Source: Methanoculleus sediminis
GTDB lineage: Archaea > Halobacteriota > Methanomicrobia > Methanomicrobiales > Methanoculleaceae
Assembly (NCBI RefSeq): GCF_001017125.1
Contig: NZ_JXOJ01000008.1
Location: forward strand, 102,976-142,975
Direction: 5' to 3'
Length of the DNA: 40,000 nt
Part shown: positions 34,175 to 40,000 of the stretch, one piece after another
How positions within the stretch are numbered: the stretch's first letter is position 1
Layout: the number at the start of each line of letters is the position of its first letter
Made by a program: the position numbers and the translations under genes
The notes under the pieces: generated by a model
Seen by the model: only the letters and a program-made list of their open reading frames with translations
The model's database searches: none
Told to the model about the DNA's origin: nothing

Positions 34175-34517
34175 GCTCTTTGAGCGTTTCCCATGCGGCC
34201 TGGGCTGCGGTCGTGGCGGCGCTGACGGCCCTGCTCATCCGCTCCGACGCGGCGCCCAGTTCCATGCTTTCTGTCAGGCTGATCGCCTCGTTGAGGTGAT
34301 CGATCGCCTTCTTAAACTCGGAAAGTTCCGTATCGCCATACGCGAACTCGAGTTCCGAGCGGATCGATTCGAGCACCATCACAAGCATCCGTTTTCCGCC
34401 GGGCTTCTCCTGGAGCGGAAACTGGATCAGGGCTGTCGTCAGCTGCGACCCCACAATCAGCTCGGATTTCGCCCGTTCGGCAAACTGATAGGTCCTGATG
34501 GCGGTTTTGAGATCCAT
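34161..34517 (-). CDS. Hypothetical helical protein
   Basis: The likely start is MDLKTAIRTYQF at 34517. Composition is helical. It overlaps the downstream nitroreductase start by 14 nt. No family recognised. Confidence 0.45.
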   Translation of the reverse strand: MDLKTAIRTYQFAERAKSELIVGSQLTTALIQFPLQEKPGGKRMLVMVLESIRSELEFAYGDTELSEFKKAIDHLNEAISLTESMELGAASERMSRAVSAATTAAQAAWETLKEHELL

Positions 34518-34573
34518 ACCACATACTGGAACTCTCAAGTATAAAAAGTATTGAAGGAGAAGAGGGGGACGGT

Positions 34574-34879
34574 TTATCTCGATTTCTGCTTGGTCCCGAG
34601 AGCCGAAACCTTCGGGCGGCGTATGCCCCGGCGTACCCGCACGTCCACCGTCGGGCCGCTTGCTCCCCTGCCCCGGCCGCCGCGACCGCCGCGACCGCCG
34701 CGTCCGCCGCGGCGCTGGTCCTGCCCTTCCCTGCTCTCCCGCTTCTGGATAGCCGCCGCAGGCTTGAACCGCTGGTTCGGGCCGGGTTTCTTCACTTCGC
34801 CTTCACTTGCAGGGACGAGTCGAATCTGCCCCTTGACGCCCTTGACCTGGGCCCACTGAACACTGCCTGTCTTTCCCAT
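34574..34879 (-). CDS. Small basic protein with an RGG repeat box
   Basis: 101 aa: MGKTGSVQWAQVKGVKGQIRLVP... followed by RRGGRGGRGGRGGRGRG (nucleotide repeat ccgccgcgaccgccgcgaccgccgcgtccgccgcgg on the plus strand). No family confidently recognised. Confidence 0.5.
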   Translation of the reverse strand: MGKTGSVQWAQVKGVKGQIRLVPASEGEVKKPGPNQRFKPAAAIQKRESREGQDQRRGGRGGRGGRGGRGRGASGPTVDVRVRRGIRRPKVSALGTKQKSR

Positions 34880-34953
34880 GATAAAACTCCTTTATATTTA
34901 TGCACTGATCCGGTGATAAAAGTAACCCGGCCGGGACGGGCCCGGGCCGGGGA

Positions 34954-36813
34954 TCAGGAGAGTAACCGCTGAAGCTCGCGCCGGAGAGTCTCGCTGATGA
35001 CCTTCCCGTCGACGCTCCCGCGGAGCTCCTGCATGACGACGCCCATCAGGGGGCCGAGCGCGCCCATACCCTTCTCCCGGGCGAACGCCTCGCGCTCGGC
35101 AACGATACGGCGCACGATCTCCTCCACGTCCGCCTGCGAGACGGCGGGCCCCATGGCCTCGATCGCCGCGTCCACCCGTTCTCCGGGTGCACCGGCGCTT
35201 CCGGCGGTCCGCGCGAGTTCGGTGAGAAGGTCGGGGATCGCCTCTTTTGCGGCACGCCCGGCCTCGACGGCCGAGAGGAGAGCTAGGATTTCCTCCTCGG
35301 TCACCCGGCCGACGCCGACGCCGCCGCGGGCAAGCTCCCGGCAGGTGCCGAGCAGCGTCCGCGCAGCAAGGGTGGGGCGGACGCCGGCGGCGACCGCCTT
35401 CTCGAAGAGCGCCAATCGCTCGGAGAACGCCACCTGCCGCGCCAGCCCTTCGTCGAGCCCGAACTCCCGGACGAACCGTTCGGCCCGGTCGGTGAGAAGT
35501 TCGGGGATCTTGATGCTCTCCCAGAGTTCCTCGCCGATCGCGACCTCGAAGACGTCGGTCTCGGGGTACATCCGGGCGGCTCCCGGGAGCGGGCGCATGT
35601 AGGCCGTGCTCCCTTCTTCGAGCATCTTCCGGGTCTCCTCGGGAACGCCCGAGAGGGCCATCTCCGCGCGGATCATCACCTGCTCGGCGGCACACCCGGC
35701 ACGCTCTCTCCCGGCCGCGACGATGACGACGCAGTCCTCCTCCGCGGCGCCGACGAACTCGCGCAGGTGCGCCACCTCTTCTGCGGTGACGCCGTAGGCG
35801 GGGAGCTCGTCGGTATGGAAGATCCCGCCGACGCCGCACTTCTTCGCGTAGTCCGACATCTCGCTCCCGAGACGCCTGCCGGGCTGGATCTCTTTGCCGA
35901 CGAGGCCCGCGAACCCGCAGAGCCGGACCGCGAGGACGGCTTTCGCCTTCTTCAGGATCGAGGATTTCGTCCCGGCAAAGAGGGCGGTGACGTCGACGAC
36001 GGTATGGTCGACCCGGGCGTTCCGTGCCCGGAGTTCACCCCGGATGGCGAGGAGATTTGTCTGCCGCTCCACCTCGCGGCGCACCACCTCGGCGATCAGG
36101 TCGAGGTCCTGGACGCCCTTGATCTCCACCCGGGCACCGTCGGCGATGGAGACGTTGATGTCCTGCCGGATCGTCCCGAGCCCGCGCTTCACCCGGCCGG
36201 TCGAACGGAGCACCATCCCGATATGCGCCGCGACCTCCTGGACGGCCTCGGGGGTGTGCATGCAGGGGGCGGTGGTGATCTCGACGAGCGGGATCCCCAG
36301 GCGGTCGAGGGAGAAGGTCTCGTCCTCCACCCGCTGCGCCGCCTCCTCCTCCAGGCAGATCGTCTCGACCCGGCAGCCGCCGGGAAGGGCGCCGGAGAGC
36401 GCGACGAGCGCCGTCCGCTGGAACCCGCTGGTGTTCGAACCGTCGATGACGAGTTTCCGCATCGTGTGCACCTGCTCGACCGGGGTCATCTCGAGCATCT
36501 TTGCTATCGTGAGACAGACCTCGAGCGCCTCGGGGTTCATCGGGGCCGGGGGCTCCTCGTCGTGTTCCACCAGGCAAACCGTGTCGTAGGTGTAGTAGCA
36601 GAACTTCCGGACAAGTTTCATCTCCTCACGCGCCGCCCGGTCGATCTCCCCGAGCTCGCTCTCCGTCGCCCGGAGGTAACGGTGAAACTCCCCGGTCCGC
36701 TCCGCGGTCTCCCGGAGGCAGGTCGGGCACCGGCAGAAGAGCTTCTCGGTGGTGTCGAGCTGCTGGTGGATCTCGATACCGGCCTTGAGACCGAGTTTCT
36801 TGTAATCCGTCAT
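34954..36813 (-). CDS. gatE: Glutamyl-tRNA(Gln) amidotransferase subunit E
   Basis: N-terminus YKKLGLKAGIEIHQQLDT.KLFCRCP. 619 aa with a GatB/E-like C-terminal YqeY-type tail. Overlaps gatD by 4 nt. Confidence 0.93.
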   Translation of the reverse strand: MTDYKKLGLKAGIEIHQQLDTTEKLFCRCPTCLRETAERTGEFHRYLRATESELGEIDRAAREEMKLVRKFCYYTYDTVCLVEHDEEPPAPMNPEALEVCLTIAKMLEMTPVEQVHTMRKLVIDGSNTSGFQRTALVALSGALPGGCRVETICLEEEAAQRVEDETFSLDRLGIPLVEITTAPCMHTPEAVQEVAAHIGMVLRSTGRVKRGLGTIRQDINVSIADGARVEIKGVQDLDLIAEVVRREVERQTNLLAIRGELRARNARVDHTVVDVTALFAGTKSSILKKAKAVLAVRLCGFAGLVGKEIQPGRRLGSEMSDYAKKCGVGGIFHTDELPAYGVTAEEVAHLREFVGAAEEDCVVIVAAGRERAGCAAEQVMIRAEMALSGVPEETRKMLEEGSTAYMRPLPGAARMYPETDVFEVAIGEELWESIKIPELLTDRAERFVREFGLDEGLARQVAFSERLALFEKAVAAGVRPTLAARTLLGTCRELARGGVGVGRVTEEEILALLSAVEAGRAAKEAIPDLLTELARTAGSAGAPGERVDAAIEAMGPAVSQADVEEIVRRIVAEREAFAREKGMGALGPLMGVVMQELRGSVDGKVISETLRRELQRLLS

Positions 36814-38042
36814 AGGATCGACCTCCGCCGGATCTCACCGGCAAGATCGGTCTGCATCAGTGTCCTCGCCCGTTCGGGGTCGGGTTCGTTCCCGAGCACC
36901 CACATCTGTTTGACGAGCGCCGCTTCGGGGAGCATATCCTCGCCCTCGACGACGCCGGCGGAGAGAAGGTCTCTACCCGTGTTGTAGACCCGGTCGCAGA
37001 CCCGGCCGTGCAGGCACTGCGACGTCATGACGACCATCGTCCCGTCCTCGATCATCTCCTGGAGTTTCGGGATCCACGCAGTCGCCACGTGCCCGAGCCC
37101 CGTCCCCGATATGACCAGGCCGGCGTAGCCCTCGAAAGCGTCGAGGACGCTAGAAGGCATCCCCGGGTAGAAGTGGAGGAGGGCGCAGCGCTCCTCGAGG
37201 TTGTCGTGGAGTTCCGGCTCTTCGGTCCCCCGCCGGACCGCCTCGTCCGAGAGGGTGACGGAGAGCGAGGGGTAGTCGACGTAGCCGAGCGGTTCCATCC
37301 CCATGCTCTGGAAGGCGTCGCGCCGGGAGGTGTGCATCTTTCTGACTCTCGTCGCCCTGTGGACGGCGCACCGGTCGTCGTTCGTCGTCGCGTGCATCAC
37401 CACCGTCACCTCGCCGAGATCGCCGGTGGCGACGGCGGCGCTGCAGAGAGCGTTCATGGCGTTGTCGGAACTCGGGCGGTCGGCGGACCGCTGCGACCCG
37501 ACGAAGACGACCGGCACCGGCGTCTTGAGCATGAACCGGATCGCCGCGGCCGAGTAGGCCATCGTATCGGTGCCGTGGGTGACAATCACCCCGGAAACAC
37601 CGGCCCGGATCTCGTCGTAGATCGCCCGGGCAAGTTCCCGCCAGAGCGCCGGCTGCATGTTCTCGGAGAGAATGCTTGCAATCTGCCGGTCGCGGTAGCG
37701 GGCGATGTCCCCGAGTTCCGGGATCGCCCGCAGGATATCGCTCGCCGAGAACTGGCTCATCACCGCGCCGGTCCGGTAGTCCACCCTGCTCGCGATCGTC
37801 CCGCCGGTGGAGATGATGGCAAGATCGGGGAGGTCGGAGTTCTGGACGACGACTCCCGCGCATGCCGGCGGCTGCCGGGCCGGGCGCTCGACGAACTCGA
37901 TCTTCTCAAGCGACGTTCCGATGTTGTAGCCGCTCTCCAGTTTGACGACGGCCATACCGTCCCGTTCGGCGATGTAGGTGCCGGTGAGCGCGGTTCCGCC
38001 GTTTGCGTACCGCACCAGATCACCGGTCTCGAGTCTCTCCAT
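36810..38042 (-). CDS. gatD: Glutamyl-tRNA(Gln) amidotransferase subunit D (asparaginase-like)
   Basis: Asparaginase-type motifs ISTGGTIAS and VIVTHGTDTMAYSAAA. Sits immediately upstream of gatE. Confidence 0.93.
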   Translation of the reverse strand: MERLETGDLVRYANGGTALTGTYIAERDGMAVVKLESGYNIGTSLEKIEFVERPARQPPACAGVVVQNSDLPDLAIISTGGTIASRVDYRTGAVMSQFSASDILRAIPELGDIARYRDRQIASILSENMQPALWRELARAIYDEIRAGVSGVIVTHGTDTMAYSAAAIRFMLKTPVPVVFVGSQRSADRPSSDNAMNALCSAAVATGDLGEVTVVMHATTNDDRCAVHRATRVRKMHTSRRDAFQSMGMEPLGYVDYPSLSVTLSDEAVRRGTEEPELHDNLEERCALLHFYPGMPSSVLDAFEGYAGLVISGTGLGHVATAWIPKLQEMIEDGTMVVMTSQCLHGRVCDRVYNTGRDLLSAGVVEGEDMLPEAALVKQMWVLGNEPDPERARTLMQTDLAGEIRRRSIL

Positions 38043-39520
38043 TATGCTGCAAACCTCCGTGCTTCAAGGATAAGGTCTTCGAATGCGCTCGATAGTGCTG
38101 AATCCGTCTCCTCCGCCCACGCCGCGTCGCGGGCGAGGAGTTCTCTCTGCTCCGAGATCTGCGCCGCGACCGCCGCGGGCGCCGGACCGCCGACGATCTT
38201 CCTGACCGCGACGGCATGGCGGGGGTCGAGGACGGCGTCGATCTTCTCCTGGGTCAGCCCCAGATCCACGACCGAGAGATCGGCCGCTTCACGGGCGGCG
38301 GCCTCGAGTATCGCGAGGTCGAGCGACCCGTGCCTGACCGCCCGCCCGACGATCCGGTGGGCGGTGCGGAAGGCAAGTCCGTACTCCCGGACGAGGACGT
38401 CGGCGAGCTCCGTCGCGGTGGAGAACCCTTTCCCCGCCTCGGCGGCCATCCGCTCCGTTTCGAAGGCCGCAGACCCGAGCATCCCGGACAAGAGGGGGAT
38501 GCTCTGCCTCGCGGCCTCCACGCCCCGCCAGAGGTGCGGGGTCAGTTCCTGGAGGTCACGGTTGTAACTCATGGGAAGGCCCTTCACGATCGTGATCGCC
38601 GCTGTAAGCGAGCCTGCGGCCGACCCCGCCTTCGCCCGCATGATCTCCGCGACGTCCGGGTTCTTCTTCTGGGGCATGATCGAGGAGGAGGAGCAGTAGG
38701 CGTCGTCGAGCCGGACGAACCCGACGAACGAGGTGCTCCAGAGGACGAGCTCCTCGCAGAGCCGGCTCGCCGTCGCCATGCAGATGGAGGCATCGGCAAG
38801 CACCTCGATCGCGAAGTCCCGTGCTGCGACCGCGTCCATGCTATTTCCCGCCGGCCGGGCGAACCCGAGGAGCCGGGCGGTGTAGGCGCGGTCGAGGGGG
38901 AAGCCGGTCGAGGCGAACGCCGCCGAACCGAGCGGGGATACATCCACCCGGGCATACGCCTCCCGCAGCCGGGCCGTATCGCGGGAGAAGGCCTGCTCGT
39001 AGGCGAGGAGATAGTGGGCCAGCGTCGTGGGCTGGGCGTGCTGGAGATGGGTGAAGCCCGGCATCACCGTCCCCGTATGGCCGGCGGCGACGTCGAGCAG
39101 GGTCGCCCTGAGATCGGCGAGCGACCGCACGAGTGCGAGGATCTCCTCTTTTAACCGAATCCTGATGCAGGTCGCGACCTCGTCGTTCCGCGACCGGCCC
39201 ATGTGGAGGCGGCCGCCGAAGTCCTCGCCCACCCGGTCGATGAGGTAGGCCTCCTTGCCCGCGTGGACGTCCTCGAACCGCTCGTCGAACGCCTCCTCCG
39301 GGAGGCCGTTGTCGTAGAGATCGAGGAGCGCCGCCATCAGCGCACGTGCCGGGGCCTCGTCGATGATCTCCTGCCGCGAGAGGCCGAGGAGGTGCGCCAT
39401 ATCCACGAGAAGGTCCGCCCTTGCAATCCAGCGGTCGGCGTCCATCGATGCAAGAAAGTGCTCGAGATCGCCCGACCGCTCGCCGGCAAGACGGCCCTGC
39501 CGAATCTGATCCGAACGCAT
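38042..39520 (-). CDS. argH: Argininosuccinate lyase
   Basis: Fumarate-lyase signature SSSSIMPQKKNPD. Also GRSRNDEVATC and TGTVMPGFTHLQHAQP. Confidence 0.93.
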   Translation of the reverse strand: MRSDQIRQGRLAGERSGDLEHFLASMDADRWIARADLLVDMAHLLGLSRQEIIDEAPARALMAALLDLYDNGLPEEAFDERFEDVHAGKEAYLIDRVGEDFGGRLHMGRSRNDEVATCIRIRLKEEILALVRSLADLRATLLDVAAGHTGTVMPGFTHLQHAQPTTLAHYLLAYEQAFSRDTARLREAYARVDVSPLGSAAFASTGFPLDRAYTARLLGFARPAGNSMDAVAARDFAIEVLADASICMATASRLCEELVLWSTSFVGFVRLDDAYCSSSSIMPQKKNPDVAEIMRAKAGSAAGSLTAAITIVKGLPMSYNRDLQELTPHLWRGVEAARQSIPLLSGMLGSAAFETERMAAEAGKGFSTATELADVLVREYGLAFRTAHRIVGRAVRHGSLDLAILEAAAREAADLSVVDLGLTQEKIDAVLDPRHAVAVRKIVGGPAPAAVAAQISEQRELLARDAAWAEETDSALSSAFEDLILEARRFAA

Positions 39521-39649
39521 TATATCAACAGTCCTGTCTGTACCGTTTGACCGGGGGAGAGATTAAAACAACGCCCGGGAGATGGGGGGGTCAGCGATCG
39601 GTGGCGCCGCAGTCTTGTGCAAAGCAGTGGTGCATTGCTGACGGCATAG

Positions 39650-39840
39650 TCTCACGCGAAGAACGCGAAGCCGCGAAGGACAATTTTGGCCCGGAGCGTG
39701 AGAAAGCGCTTCACGTTTTCAAACTGCGGCTTCATCGCAGGATGCGGCACTCTGTAGGAGCGGAGCTTGAGCACCAATAGTGCAGAAGGCTTTGTTCTAG
39801 CCACCTACCGAATTTCGCGTTCTTCGCGGCTTCGCGTGAG
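39650..39840. repeat. Palindromic GCGAAG-repeat element, copy 2 (long-spacer form)
   Basis: tctcacgcgaagaacgcgaagccgcgaagg at 39650-39679 and ttcgcgttcttcgcggcttcgcgtgag at 39814-39840 are inverted. They flank ~134 bp. The arms are nearly the same as at 28525-28608. Confidence 0.7.
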
Positions 39841-40000
39841 GTAACGATGCTGGACAGCCGTATCTCCCAAAGATGCATGTACCCCCAACCGTCTCCACTC
39901 CGCACCCGATCACCCTCATAAGAACAAAATCGAAGCGAAAATATCTACTAAAGTATAACAATCCCTCCTATTTTCGACAATACTATATACTGATACCATG

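Noticed and set aside
37008-38567. 519-aa plus-strand ORF across gatD/argH, plus other long overlapping ORFs (35767-36987, 35894-36589, 34898-35839, 38216-39154)
   Set aside because: They are antisense or off-frame to gatE, gatD and argH, all of which carry diagnostic motifs. Their composition is not protein-like.

Overview
This looks like a high-GC euryarchaeal chromosome segment, probably from a Methanomicrobiales-type methanogen. That call rests on gatD/gatE, ahb-type heme genes, and DUF2070 and UPF0212 family proteins. All calls were made by eye from the sequence and the ORF track; no searches were run.

Layout:
- Left core block (1-11.6 kb): cysteine desulfurase, J-domain protein, APC permease, a four-gene alternative heme biosynthesis (ahb-like) cluster next to a large-subunit heme catalase, a DUF3887 lipoprotein, a receiver-PAS-histidine kinase, and RidA.
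- Right core block (27.9-39.5 kb): cupin, membrane protein, aminotransferase, DUF2070, PfkB kinase, UPF0212, nitroreductase, gatE, gatD, argH.
- Between them, a ~16 kb accessory island (about 11.7-27.7 kb) abuts a tRNA-Leu(UAA) gene.

Headline finding: a complete, apparently intact casposon (a Cas1-dependent self-synthesizing transposon) at 18344-27690.
- It has 109-bp perfect terminal inverted repeats and a 14-bp target-site duplication (tgttccggaatgcg). The right copy of the duplication overlaps the 3' end of tRNA-Leu.
- It encodes a family B DNA polymerase, an HNH nuclease, two unknown or wHTH proteins, and a Cas1 casposase with a C-terminal HTH.
- It carries a low-GC cargo: a NotI-like restriction endonuclease, an m5C methyltransferase and a Vsr endonuclease.

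Directly against the left target-site duplication lies a 68-bp tandem array with CRISPR-like geometry. Its unit junctions share a GATCA..CCACAGGT core with the casposon TIR.

The rest of the island holds two tandem paralogous NucS-like PD-(D/E)xK nuclease genes, an AlbA_2/Schlafen-type ATPase-wHTH protein, an IS5-family IS with an A6G -1 frameshift site, and a stand-alone TIR-like (DUF1863/ThsB-like) gene in an AT-rich patch.

Many long ORFs in the track are antisense or off-frame shadows of real genes, as expected for high-GC DNA, and were rejected.
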